Origin: Gracilinanus agilis
Taxonomy: Eukaryota
Assembly (NCBI RefSeq): GCF_016433145.1
Contig: NC_058131.1
Location: 238,483,007 to 238,547,006 of the forward strand
Reading direction: 5' to 3'
Length of the DNA stretch: 64,000 bases
This document shows, in pieces, positions 1 to 13,117 of this stretch (its first letter is position 1; each line of letters begins with the position of its first letter). Both the position numbers and the translations under genes were made by a program. A model generated the notes under the pieces. The model worked only from the letters and a program-made list of their open reading frames with translations. It was not told where the DNA came from and made no database searches.

Positions 1-819
1 ATAGATGTTCCAATGAATTGTTAGGGCATTCTGAATTGTATGTAGTTGATATCAGCTTCCCTGTATTTTATACATATTGATACTAGTTTTCCTTCTGAAG
101 CCATATGAAAGAAATTAAATCCCTTTTTCATGGGAGCAGCTATAATGGATCATCTGTGTTTGTATAGTACTATACAATGGGCTTTCTTAAAAACTGCATG
201 ATGAGGTAAATAATGGAAATGTAATAATAATAGCTAGAATCAACTTAGAACTTTAAGGATTGCAAAGTGCTTTGCAAATATCATCTCATTTCACAATATC
301 TCTGGGAGGAAGGTGCTATATTACCCCCATTTTAGAGGTAAGGAAACTGAGTCAGACAGAGATTAAATGACTTACCCAAGCTAGTAAATGTCTGAGGTTG
401 GAATTCTATGCATTTCATCACCTAGCTGCTAGAAAAAAAAATTCTATTTTATGATGAAGAAACTGAGTATCATTAAGATTCAAAAACTTGCTCAAGGTCA
501 TACAACTAGTAAGTGCTGGAGCCAGGAACCCCAGCTTTTGAGTCTCTACATCCTTTGAAAAGAGCTTCTGCATATTCTCTCCCTGCCTGACTCTAATTTA
601 TTTTTCTTCTTTTAAAAATGCTTTTTAAATTGTGAACTTAAACATCAACAAACACATTTTCTTCTTAAGCTAAACATTTCCATTTCCTTCAAACATTCTT
701 TCTCTAGGTAAAGTTTTTAACAAACTTCCCCCAATCCCTCCCTCAACATCTTGATCAGACTGTAAGCTTTCTGAGAGTCAGAACTGTGTCGTTATTTATC
801 TGTGTGTCTTACATGTAAT

Positions 820-1460
820 AAGTACTTTAAGATTAATTTTTTTCCCAGATTACATCTTGTTATAATTTTCAGAATCGTTTTCTGACATTTTGTGATTCAT
901 ATTCTCTCCTTCTCTCTCACCCTTCCCTCTTCCCCAGATGACAGGTAATATGGTATAGGCTGTATTTGTGTTATTACACAATACATATTTCCCTGTTCAT
1001 CATGTTGTGAAAGAAAACACATATTGCTTACACTAGTAAAAAATTAGTGGAGGAAATAAAGTGAAGAATGGCATGCTTCTGTCTGCATCAGACTTTGTCA
1101 GTACCTTCTGTAGCAGTGAATAGCCTTTTTGTCACAAATACCTTAGAATTTTCCTGGATCTTGGCATTTCTGATAATAATTTAGCCCTTTCCAATTGACC
1201 ATTGTATGATATTTCTGTTACCTTTTACACTATTCTCCTGGTTCTGCTCACTTCATTTTTCATCAATTCATAGGGTTTCCAGGGTTTTTTTTTTTTGTGA
1301 TTTCATCATTTCTTATAACACAATAGTATTTCATTACGATCTTATACTACAAGTCGTTCAGCCATTCCCCAGTTGATAGACATCCCCATAATTTCCAATT
1401 CTTTGCCACCACAAAAGAGCTGCTATAAATATCTTTTATCTTTGACATCTTGGGGATACA
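820..1460 (-). mobile_element. 5'-truncated L1 3' fragment
   Basis: Same antisense L1 3' motifs as other copies (CAATAGTATTTCATTAC, CAGCCATTCCCCAGTTGAT, GCCACCACAAAAGAGCTGCTAT). Confidence 0.8.
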
Positions 1461-2084
1461 GACTACTAGTAGTAAACACTTAATAAATGTTTTTTGAGAA
1501 TGAAAGGAATTCCTTTTGGGAGAAAAGGAGGATGGTCTAGACATTCCAGCATTGGCAAATTATTGGCACACATGCCCAACTGGGGAGCTGCTCTGTTCCT
1601 TCTCTTCCCAGTGCCAGAGGACATTTTTTGCATGCCCTGCCCCTCTGTCCAGCCACCCAAACCAAGCACTTCTTCCCTTTGCTCTCTCAGATAATAGGGT
1701 GTGGGGAGGGGTCACAGACACCTTGAATTTCCCCTCCGGGCACTCAAAGTGCTGTTCTATTCAGTCAATAGGCAATTATGTATCTCTTTGGGAAGGAGGG
1801 CAGTTTCATGGATATCTTCTCTGACCAGCCAGCAAAGCGAAGCCCAAGGAAGCATCTGGGTCCTGATTGCAGATAGGGGGAATAAAGCAGAACCCAAGAC
1901 CTTTACCCTAATTAAGGGCTGGTGGTCAGTAGTCAGAGTCACTAGGATTGTTTCGACAATGGGCAGAATTTTAGGCTTCTCTTTGGGTTATAACTCTTTT
2001 TTGAGTTGTCAAAGAATGGAAATCTTAGTTAGTGCCCCATGTGGAATAGATGAACAAGTTATATGATGGAATGCTCTTTTGCTG

Positions 2085-2650
2085 AACTCTTATCAATAAC
2101 CAACCAGAACTCCAGACGACGAAGGCTGACACATGCTACCCCACCTCCTGATAGAGAGATGGAGAATTTAGAATGCAAAATCAGACAAAAACTTTTTTTG
2201 GTGATGGTGAATGTGGAAATTTGTTTTGTTTTGGTCAACTAAAAAAAAGTTTGTAACAGGCGTTTTTTTCAAAGATGTTTTATTTTCCCAATTACATATA
2301 GTAACAATTTTCAATATATGTTTTCTAAAATTTTAAGAACCAAATTTTGCCTCCCTCCCTCTCTTCCCTCATCCCTCTCAGATGGTAAGCTATTTGATCT
2401 GAGTTATAAACAAATTATCATAGAAAACATACTTCCATATTGGTCATTGTTTTCAGAGAAAACTCATATAAAACCAAAACCCTAAAATAAGATTGTAAAT
2501 AGGTAAATGTGAAAGATAGTATGCTTTGAACTGAATCTGACACCAATAGTTTTTTCTCTGGAGGTGGATAGCATTCTTTGTCATAAATCCTTTGGAATTG
2601 TCCCAGATCATTGTATTGTTAAGAGTAGCGAAGTCTTTCACAGTAGATCA
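2085..2650. mobile_element. Two L1 3' fragments tail-to-tail (about 2085-2260 on +, about 2270-2650 on -)
   Basis: The + piece resembles the L1 3' UTR at 14500-14740. The - piece closely resembles 29330-29700. Confidence 0.65.
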
Positions 2651-5063
2651 TCCTTTTGTAATAGGTTTTGTTTTTCTTATGTTTTCTGTTGAGGGGCGGG
2701 AGGATTTGTGAGTTTGAAGTTGGCTTTTGCCTGATTAAAATAATTAAAAACATTAAATTGAAAAAAAGAAACCTCTTCAATCTGGATGCTCACTCCACTC
2801 AGGGACTACTTCACACATCTGAAGTACTCTTTGACCCTGTAGCCTCTTCTGTTTTGGTTGGTTTCTTCCAGAACAAGGAGAAGACCCAGGTTGCACTTTT
2901 ATTTTTTTAGATCCCTGGTAACAACTCTTAAGATAGGGAAATGGGGTAAAGTGACTTGCCAGGGTCCCACAGTGAAGAAGTATCTAAAGTTAGATTTGAA
3001 CCCAGGAACTCACTTCTCTAGTCCTGGCTATCAATCCACTGAGCCACTTAGTTGCTCTTGCATTTTTGTTTTTATATCTCCAAGGCCTAGCACACTAGCA
3101 GGCAAGTAAAAATTTTTGTTGAATTGAATATTTAACACTTCTGTGAACATGCCCTGCTTTCCTTCCCCTCTAAAATATTGCTGTAAATGTTCCCTTTAGT
3201 GGAATGAAATTTAGTTTGTGTAGTTCCCTCTTTTTTTGTTTTGTTTTGTTTTGTTTTTTTAACCAGCTAGCTGAAGTGTTATTTCACCAGGTAGCCTTCT
3301 CTGATTCCTTCCAACCTGGAAGCAGTCATCCCCTCTGAACTGTATGTCCTTGCTCCTTTCTTTCTGAACTTTCTTGTCCTATTCTGATGGACACTCATTT
3401 GGGCAAAACTCTTCCCTCACCCTCTGAGTTTGGAGAAATTGTGATAGAATGGAAAGAAGGTTATAGGAGTATAGATTAGAAGTAGAAGGGACCTCAGAGG
3501 CTGTTGAGTCCAAATCCCTCCTATGATAGATTAGAAAGCTAAAGAGTAGGGAGGTCAAGTGCTTTGTAAGCTGCCAAGTGTTATGTAAAAATGAGGTATT
3601 ATTATTGTTATTATCATCATTATTATTAAGCTTGATGAGGCTAGGTTCTATGCTCTATAGGTCTATCTTTGTGCACAATAGGTACCCAATAGATAGTTGT
3701 TGGATGGATAAATGGATGGATGATAGATGCTGGGTCAGCATGTACCAGCAGGGAAGGTTAATCTGTGCCTTGTCTCTGGGTCGCTTACTTTGCTTCAGAA
3801 GGTTAAGGTTGGACTTATGGCTCTCCTTTCCCTGAATCCCACGTGGAGACCTATGCTAAAACTATTGATGAACCAGTCTAAGAAAGATGTCCTCCTCCAA
3901 GGACTACAGGGAGAAACTCCTGGGACTCATTCTGGCTGAAGATGGTATTGTACAGGATGAGTTGTCCAAGGAGAAATGTTCAAGGAAAAGAAAGTGATTC
4001 TCCCCTCCTCCCAGGAAGGAAGGAAGGAAGGAAGGATGGAGGAAGGACATAAGGAAGGAATGTGCCAGGGAGTCACAGTCAGAAATAGCTTTCACAGCAG
4101 GAGCAGCCTCTTTGACAGTGACTTGACTCAAAAGCTGAGCTGGGGGCAGGGTTGTGGGGTGGGCTGCTGGATAGGGTGGCGTGGTAGGGGCATGGGTGGG
4201 TGGGCATGGAATAGTGAGATAGGGAGGAGCTTCATCTCTGGGGAAAGGGCAGGGGGTCAGAGGGAGACAGGGAATTATAATCCCATAGGAAGTATGCTGA
4301 TTTTCTAGGTGGACAGACTCACTATTTGCCAATGATCAGGATGGTGGCTGTAAGGACTTTATTTTAAAATCATTTTTATTTATTTCACAAATATTTTTCA
4401 ATTATATGTAAAACATTTTTAACAATCATTTAAAAAAATTTTTGAGTTCTAAATTTTCACCCTTTCTCCCACTCTTCTGCCCTCCTTAAGAAGGCAAACA
4501 TTTTGATTTTGATTATACATGTGAGGCCATGCCAAAAATATTTCCATGTGAGCCATGTTGCAAAGAAAACATGAATAAAATAAAATAATAAAAATAAATT
4601 AAAAAATGTTTGCTTCAGTCTGTATTCAGAGTCCATCATTTCTCTCTATAGATGGAGAACATTTTTTCATCATGGGTCCTTCAGAATTGTCTTGGATTGT
4701 TGTCTTGGTCAGGACAGCTAAGTCTTTCACAGTTGATCATCCTTACAATGTTATAACTACTATGTACAGTGTTCCCCCAGTTCTCTTTGCATGAATTCAT
4801 ATAAGTCTTCCCAGGTTTCTCTGAAACCATCCTCCTCCTCATTTCTTATAGCACAATAGTATTCCATCCCAGCTTGTTCAGCCACTCCCCAGCTGATGAG
4901 CATCCCCTCAATTTCTAATTCTATGCTACTCCAAAAAGAGCTGCTATAACTATTTTTATTCAAATAGGTCCTTCCCCCATTCTTTGATCTCTTTGGGAAA
5001 CAGTCCTAATAGTGGTATTACTGGGTCAAAGGATATGAAAAGTTTTGAAGTTCTTTTGGCACA

Positions 5064-5536
5064 CAGTCATCCCTTGCTATAACATGATTCACTTTTTGTG
5101 GCTTCAATGTATCATGGATTTTTTTTTAATCTATTCTTTTATCCCAGAGTTTTTGCTATATTGTGGGATTTTGTTGACGAATACTGTACTGTAACAATGG
5201 AAATGCAGTATGCCACTACCCCTTGCACGAGTTTGCCAATATGAGATTATACACAGCTGAGTGCAAAGCAAGTGTTTCTGTATTGGCTGATCGAATGAAA
5301 GGCAACCAACCACAGAGCTGTATTCTGTATCCTGGGTGCTGATTGGTTCAGTGTTTAGAAGAGTGTTGGAAAGGTTAATAAGAATGTAGAAAAGGTTTAT
5401 AGGAATGTGGGAAGAGTTTATAAAGCCTTAAAATATATACGAATAATAAAATAAATATAATGCAGCTACTTTGTGGATTTCCACCTATTGCAAGGATCTC
5501 TGGAATGTAATTCCCACAATAGGTGAGTGATCACTG
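5064..5536. mobile_element. Tigger/pogo-like (Tc1-mariner) MITE inserted in L1
   Basis: Imperfect TIRs CAGTCATCCCT and (reverse complement) CAGTGATCACT. Flanks are CA (left) and TA (right), consistent with a mutated TA TSD. L1 sequence resumes on both sides. Confidence 0.7.
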
Positions 5537-6671
5537 TAGTTCCACATTGTTCTACAGAATTATCAGATTAGCTCATAACTCCATCTACAATTAGTGTCCC
5601 AGTTTTTCTATATCTCCTCCAGCATTTGTCATTTTTCTTTTCTGACATGTTAGCCAATTTGATAGATATGAGGTGATGTCTCAGAATTGTTTTAATTTGT
5701 GTTCCTCTAATTAGTAGTGATTTAGAGAAATTTTTCTTGTGACTATTGATTGCTTTGATTTTTTCTAAAAACTGCCTGTTCATATCCTTTGATTATTTAT
5801 CAATTAGGGAATGGCTTTATTTTTTTCCTCAGTAATATCTGAATGGCATTTGTTTTTATAAATTTGGCTTAGTTCTCTATAAATTTGAGAAATGAGGTCT
5901 TTATCAGTGAAGCTTGCTGTAAAAAATCCTTTTTTCCTTCTAATTTTGGCTACATTAGTTTTGTTTGTATGAAAGATTTTTATTTGCATGTAATCAAAAT
6001 TATCTTTTTTTGGTCCCAAACCCTTTCCATAGCTATGGCAGATCAGAACCCTTTCCATGATCCTCTCTAGTCTAGCTTAATCATGAAATTACCCTTTATG
6101 TCTAAATCATTTATCCATTTTGACTTTGGTATATGGTGTAAGATGTTGATCTATGTCTACTTTCTGCCAACTTGCTTTCCAGTTTTCCCAGCAATTTTAA
6201 TCAAATTTTTGAGTTCTTGAATCTTTGGGTTACCACTATTTATTAAATGCCTAATTTTCCCACTGATCTAATACCATTTCTTAGCCAGTATGAGGTTTTT
6301 TGATTATTACTATGTTTTGTAATATAGTTGAGATCTAGTATGACTAGACCACCTTCTTTCACAATTTTCATTAATTCCCTTGATTTTTTGATCTTTTGAT
6401 CTTAGAGAGTAATTTTATTATAATTTTTCCTAGTTATATGAAATCATTCTTTGCTATTTTAATTGATATGGCACTGAATAAGTAAATTAATTTAGGTAGA
6501 ATTATCATTTTTATTATTTTGGCTCAGCCTATTCATGAATAATTAATATTTCTCCAATTATTTAGATCTGTCTTTATTTTTGTGAAAGATGTTTTGCAAT
6601 TGTGTTCATATAATTTCTGAGTTTGTTCTGGCAGGTAATTTTTCAGGTATTTTATATTGCCTTCTCAACTT

Positions 6672-6870
6672 ATTTTTTAAACATTTATCTTCCATCTTGG
6701 AATCAACACTAAGTATTGGTTCCAAGGCAGAAGAGTGATAATAGCTAGACAACTGGGATTAAATAACTTGCCCAGGGTCACACAACTAGGAAGTATCTAA
6801 ATCCACATTTGAACCCAGGACCTCCCTTCACTAGGCCTAGTTCTCAATCCTTTGAGCCATCTCGCTGCCC
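6672..6870 (-). mobile_element. SINE1_Mdo-like SINE nested in L1
   Basis: Reverse complement of the GGGCAGCTAGG...CCCTGGGCAAGT...CCTTGGAACCAATAC family seen many times in the window. Confidence 0.85.
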
Positions 6871-8867
6871 CTTGCAGTTATTTTAAAAGGAATTCCTCCG
6901 TCTCTCTCTTGCTACTGAGTTTTGTTGGTAAAATATAGAAATGCTGATGATTTATGTGGGTTTACTTTATATCCAGCAACTTTGCCAAAATTGTTAATTA
7001 TTTCAATGTGTTTTTAGTTGATTCTCCATCTTATCATCTGCAAGGAGTGATAGTTTGGCTTCCTAATTGTCTACTTTTATATTCCTTCAACTTTTTCTTG
7101 TCTTATTGCTATAGCTAGCATTTCTAGTGCAATATTGAACAATCGTGGTGATAATGTATAACCTTGCTTCTCTCCTGGTCTTTTTGAGAATGTTTCAAGT
7201 TTATTTCCATTATAGATAATGCTTGATCTTGATTTTAAATAGATTTAAATAGATCACAATCTTAAGATTTTAAGAAAGGTTCTATTTATTCTTATGATTT
7301 CCAGTATTTTTAATAGGAATGGATATTGTATTTTGTCAAAGGCTTTTTCCACATCCGTTATAACCATATGATTTTTTGTTTTTGTTATTGATAGTTTTCC
7401 TAATATTGAACAAGCCCTGCATTCTTAGTATAAAGATTACCTGATCATAGTGTATGATAATCTTTGTGATATACTGCTATAATCTCCCTGCTAGTATTTT
7501 ATGTAAATTTTTTGCATCGTTATTCATTAAGGAAATAGTTCCATAGTTTTTTGCTCTGTTTTTGCTCTCCCTAATTTAGGTATCAAAACCATATTTATGT
7601 CATAAAAGGAATTTGTTAGGACTCCTTTCCTTATTTTTTCAAATAGTTTATATAGTATTGGGATTAATTGCCCCTTAAATGTTTAATAGAATGTTTATAT
7701 ATCCATCTGGTCTTGGGAATTTTCTCTTAGTGAGTTTATTGATGACTTTTTAAATTTCTTTTTCTAAGATGGGGTTATTTGACTATTCTATTTCCTCTGT
7801 TAATCTGGGTGATGTATATTTTTGTAGATATTCATCCATTTTGCTTAGAAATTTCTTGGCATATCATTGGGCAAAGTAGTGCCTAATTACTTTAAATCCT
7901 CTCCATTGGCAGTGAATTCACCCTTTTAATTTTTGATAATGATCATTCGATTTTATTCTTTCTAAAAGTCAAAGCAACTGTTTTATCTATTTTATTTTTA
8001 AAATAAAGCAAGATTGTAGTTTTATTTATTAGTTTAATGATATTTTTCAATTTTAATAATCTTTCTTAAATTTCAGGGATTTCCATTTTGGTATTTAATT
8101 GGGGATTTTAAATTTATTAATTTTCTAGGTTTTTTTTTCTTTTAGTTGCATGTCCAGTTCATTGACCTGCTCTTTTTCTCCTTAATTGATATACACATTT
8201 AGACATAGAAATTTTCCTCCAAGTGCTGTTTTGCCTGCATTCCACAAATTTTCAAATGTTGTCTTATTGTTGTTTTTCTCTTTCATGAAATTATTGATTT
8301 TTTCTACTTTTTTCTTTTATTCATTCATTCTTTAGGATTAGATTATTTAGTTTTCAATTAGCACTTAAATTATGCTTCCATGGTCTTTTACTAAATATAT
8401 TTTTATTGCATTATGAACTGAAAAGAGTATAATAAATATTTCTGCTTTTCTACATTCAGTCATGAAGTTTTTATGCCCTAATAGATGGTCAGTTTTTATG
8501 AAGGCACTTTGTATATTTGAGAAAAGGTATACACCTTTCTATTCCCACTCAGTTTTCTACAGAGGTCTATAGTATCTAACTTTTCAAAGATTCTGTTCAT
8601 TTCCTTGACTTCTTTCTTCTTTTTTTTTATAGTTAAATTTATCTAATACTGAGAGGGAAGCTCAAGGTCCCCCACTAGTATAACTTTACTGTCTATTTCC
8701 TCCTGTAATTAATTTAACTTTTCCTTTAAGAATTTGGATGCCATGAAATTTGGTCTATATATGCTTAGTATTGATATTACTCCATTGTCTATGGTTCCTT
8801 TTAGCAAGATATAGTTTCCTGCTTATCCCTTTTAATTGTGTCTATTTTTTTCCATCTGTCTGAGATC

Positions 8868-9635
8868 TATTGTGAGGAAGATTATTATTTAGTTATTAGC
8901 TTAGTATTAGTATTAGACCTAACAGGAAGGACTGGAGAATTCCACATGGAATGGGGAAGAAGGAAGTGGCTGGCACTCTCTGAGAAGGACTCCATGGTGG
9001 CTGGGACAAGCAGTAACTGATTCCCTGGGAGACCTTAGAGCTAGTGGAGTTGCACCCTGATTCCCTGAGATCCTGGAGTGTGGTGAAGGTTGGAAGCAGA
9101 GGACATCTATCCTGCATGACAGCACTGAGTAGGGAGTGACCTGCGATCTGGTGGACAGCTTGCAGACTTCCTCTCCCTACTGGGCTACTTGGACCATCAG
9201 TTCTGGAGGAGTTAGTTTCTGGCATCCTGAAAACATCTCTGGGCTCTACTGTGAGGATTCCCACTCCAGTCCTGCTATTCTCTGGGCCTTGCCTGGTTTA
9301 GGTTGTCTTAGTGTAGATAAGTCCCTCCCTTGACCCTGTGGTTTGCCTTTAGCTTGTAAGAGTAGAATCCCTTATTCCCATCCTTTATTATTGTTTCCCT
9401 CAATTAAACTGTTATAAACCTTTGCCTTTTGCCTGCTGGTTCCATAGGCCTTTGCCTAGGTGGGCTGAGTGACTGTTGGGGCCTAACTACCATTTTCTGT
9501 TAAGTTACCTCCTAGTAGTTAAACCTGGTCTCCCTACTTGTTTGGTCCTGTCATCTGTCATTCCTGCCACCTTCACACCCCATTGTGAAATCACAGATAA
9601 TATTTAGTTAATTTCCCTGGTAATTCACCTTTACA
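8868..9635 (+). mobile_element. Solo LTR (ERV1-like) inserted in L1
   Basis: A 768-bp non-L1 block ending ...TTACA, with ATTAAA at 9403. It is flanked by GATC (8864-8867) and GGTC (9636-9639), a 4-bp TSD with one mismatch. The flanks rejoin as L1-like CTGAGATC-ATAATTGCTAACTCTGCC. Confidence 0.7.
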
Positions 9636-12446
9636 GGTCATAATTGCTAACTCTGCCTTCTTTTTACTTCACTTGAAGCATGCCTCTTACTTTAATTCTG
9701 TGCATGCCTCTCTGTTTCAAGTGTGTTTCTTATAAACAAAAGATTGTTGGATTCTGGTTTCTAATCATTCTGTAGTCCCTTATTTTAACTCTGAGCATGT
9801 GTCTCTATTTCAAATGTATTTCATGTAAATAAAATATTGTTGGATTCTGGGTTCTAATCCATTCTGCTATCCACTTCTGTTTTATGGGTGAGTTCATCTC
9901 ATTCACATTTATGAGTGCTAACAGTGCATTTCCCTCTATTCAATTGTCTTCTGTTAATCTGACCCTCTCTCTTCTTATCCTATCTCTCCTCTAAAGTCTG
10001 CTTTTCTTCTGATCACTGCATTCTCTTTCATCACCCTCTCTCTTTCTCTTATCTCCATTCTCTTCCTACTTCCCTGTTAGTTATTGAATATGTATATATG
10101 TTTTCCCCTTTTGAACCAATTTAGATGTTGCTCTCCTATTATTGTGTCTCTTCTGATTTCTCTTTCCTGGTTACCTATTTGTGCTTTTCAGTTTTGTATT
10201 TGAATGTCAACTTTTCTATTCAGCTCTGATTGTTTCATCAGAAATGCTTGATGCCCTCTATTTTGTTAAATATCCATTTTTTTCCATTGAATGATTATAC
10301 TCCCTTTTAAACTCCCTTTTAATCATTAAATGATTAAACTCCCAATTTTTCTGGGTAGGTTATTCTTGGTTGTAATTCCAGGTTTTTTGCCTTCTGGAAC
10401 ATCATATTCCAAGCCCTCTATTTCTTTAATAGAGTAGCCATTAAATCCCGTTTAATCTAGACTGTAGCTCCATGGTATTTTAATGGTTTTCTTCTGGCTG
10501 CTTGAAATATTTTCTCTTTGAGCTGGAAGCTCTGGTATCTAGCTATAATACTCCTGGGAATTTTTATTTTGGGATTTCATTCAGGTGGTGATGGATTATT
10601 TCAATTTCTATTTTATTCTCTGGTTCTAGGATATAGGGACAGTTTTCTTTGATAAATTTCTTGAAATATCTAGGTTCTTTCTTTGATCATAGCTGTCAAA
10701 TAATCAAATACTTCTTAAATTATCTTTTCTTGATCTATTTTTCAGGCCAGTTATTTTTCCAATGTCATGCATCACATTTTCTTCTATTTTTTTCATTCAT
10801 TCAACTTTGTTTTTATTACTTTTTGATATCTCCTGGAGTAAGTTAGCTTGAACTTGCTCAATTCTAATTTTTAAGGAATTATTTTCTTTAGTGAGCTTTC
10901 GTACCTATTTTTCCCTTTAACCAATTTTGCTTTTTAAGAAGTTATTTTAATCACTGAATTTTCATGCCTCTTTTTCCATTAGGCCAAATTTGTTTTTAAT
11001 ATGTTATTTTCTTTAGTATTTTTTCATTACTCTTTTGTCAAGTTGTTGTCTTTGCATATTTTTCTTTCTTTGCTTTCATTTCTTTACTTAATTTTTCCTC
11101 TACAACTCTTATTTGGTTTTAAAAATAATTTTCTTAGCTCTTCTAGGAATTCTTATTGGGCTTGTGTACAATTCACATCTTTTCTTTGAGGCTTTGCTTA
11201 TAGCTGTTTTGATTTCATTGTCTTCTGAGTTTGTACCTTGATCTTCCCTATCACCTTAGTAGATTTTCATTATCGGGTTATTTCTTCTTTGCTTGCTCAT
11301 TTTCCCACTCTTTCTTATTTCAGAATTTTATGTTAATGTTAGGCTCTGCTCCCAGAGTGGCAGTGTGGGCTCTATCTCAAGTTTCAAGCTTTTTCATACT
11401 GCTGTTTTTGGAGCTAGTTCTGGGATTTTGAAAGTTTTCAGTGCTTTCAAGGTGGTATGATCTGGGCAGAAGTGTGGGCAGAGTGGTCTACACTCTGGTC
11501 CTTCCCAGGAAGGGCCTCTTGATCCTCTTGGAAGTTGTAGGTTACAGGTTCAGTTGGTGTTAAGTCAGGAAAAACCAAGTTCAAATGTGATCTCAGATAC
11601 TCACTAGCTCTGTAATCTGTGACCCTGGGAAAATCTCCATCTGCTTCAATTTTCTCATCTGTAAAATGGGGATAATAATAACACTTGGCTCCCAGGCTTC
11701 TTGTGATGATAAACAAGATGTGTTATGGAAATTTTAGAACATGATATAAATACTAGCTGTTATTTTTTAAAATTAACTTCACAGACTATTAGAATGCAGT
11801 ACTTAAAGTCAAGAAGACTTGGCTTCAAATGTCACATTGAACACATACTGCCTGTGCGATCCTGGGCAAGTCACTTACATTCTTGAGCTTCCAGAAGTCA
11901 TTTCTAAAAAGAACATCTTAGATTAGACATCCTTTCTAGTACTATCCTAAGAGACTCTGAGGACACAAAAATTGTGCTAAAATGTTTGCCAGTGAGATGG
12001 GCAGATAAAAGTCTTGGAGCTTGCTGAAGGTGGGAAAAAGAGGTCAGGAGAAGGGGAGAGGTTTGATATAGATACCCTGCCAAAGCTACAGGGGACTGCA
12101 GTGGTAGTTGGAGTGGGGAGCAGAAAGGGGGGGAAGTGCTCGCTAGTGTGAGGAGGCCTCCACATTTCTCAACAGTTCTCGGCCTGGGGATAAAAATAAC
12201 AGATTGCAAAATCAGCCGTTAATCTTGTTGCTAGGTAGAGTTCAGACCCTGAATTGTGATTTTGTTCTAAGTTTGGCTGAAAAGCATTTTCCTGGGACTG
12301 AAACAATCACCCACATTCAGGCTCCTACAATCTCAGAACAAGAGATGGGGAGAAAAAGGGTGACTTACTGACTACCTGAGCAAGAAAAAGCCACCGTGAT
12401 TTCTACCCCCCTCAAATGCCAGGCAGGCACACTCGTACGTGTGCGT

Positions 12447-12449
12447 ACA

Positions 12450-12502
<53 letters not shown>
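12447..12502. repeat. (CA)n microsatellite
   Basis: Directly visible. Confidence 0.98.
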
Positions 12503-12505
<3 letters not shown>

Positions 12506-12940
12506 AACAACAACAACTATAATCTAAAGGTGGAGACAACATGTAAACAAAAGCTTTAAGATGGGCAACCCCTGGAAGTAGGTGTTATTACCCTTCATTT
12601 TATAGAAAAGAAAACTGATACACAGAGAAGTTAAGTGACTTGCCTGTGATTAAGTAGCTCATAAATGTCTGGGACACTAATAAGGAAGGACTAGCTGTTA
12701 AGCTCCTGATTCAATAGCTGGTGCTCTGTCCATGAGGCCTTGAAGCTTTTCATTATGAGCATTTCTTCTGGAGACTATGTCATCCCAGCAGGCCTCATAG
12801 CCAGTTTAAGAGCAGGATTTCCTGTAGTGGGATTTGCTATGATACACAGGGTATCCCATAAGGTCTATGCTGGCCAGGGACAGATGGAGGATCAGAGTGA
12901 GGAAAGGTATGGGCTAGTCTCTCAAAAAATGATAAATCAG

Positions 12941-13117
12941 GGGGCAGCAGGATGACTCAGTGGATTGAGAGCCAGGCAAAGAAACAGAAAGTCCTAGGTT
13001 CAAATCTGATCTCAGACACTTCCTAGCTGTGTGACCCTGGGCAAGTCACTTAACCCCCATTCCTTAGCCCTTATCACACTTCTGCCTAAGACAGGAGGTA
13101 AGGATTTAAAAAAAAAA
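12941..13117 (+). mobile_element. SINE1_Mdo-like SINE
   Basis: tRNA-derived head GGGGCAGC..CTCAGTGGATTGAGAGCCAGG, B-box GGTTCAAATC, the core, and a poly(A) tail. Confidence 0.88.

Larger units (their letters stand above)
4360..11530 (-). mobile_element. Old near full-length LINE-1, decayed, with nested insertions
   Basis: The minus-strand ORF at 5568-5783 (MNRQFLEKIKAINSHKKNFSKSLLIRGTQIKTILRHHL...KCWR) matches the L1 ORF2 C-terminus. Minus-strand 10420-10670 reads like L1 ORF1 (IKENCPYILEPENKIEIE...KEKIFQAARRK). A T-rich 3' end lies near 4360. Confidence 0.9.

Noticed and set aside
3887-3997. 36-aa ORF MSSSKDYREKLLGLILAEDG..., faintly like the cofilin SSKD..KKL.G motif
   Set aside because: The similarity covers only a few residues and needs a gap. 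There is no flanking homology or retrocopy hallmark.
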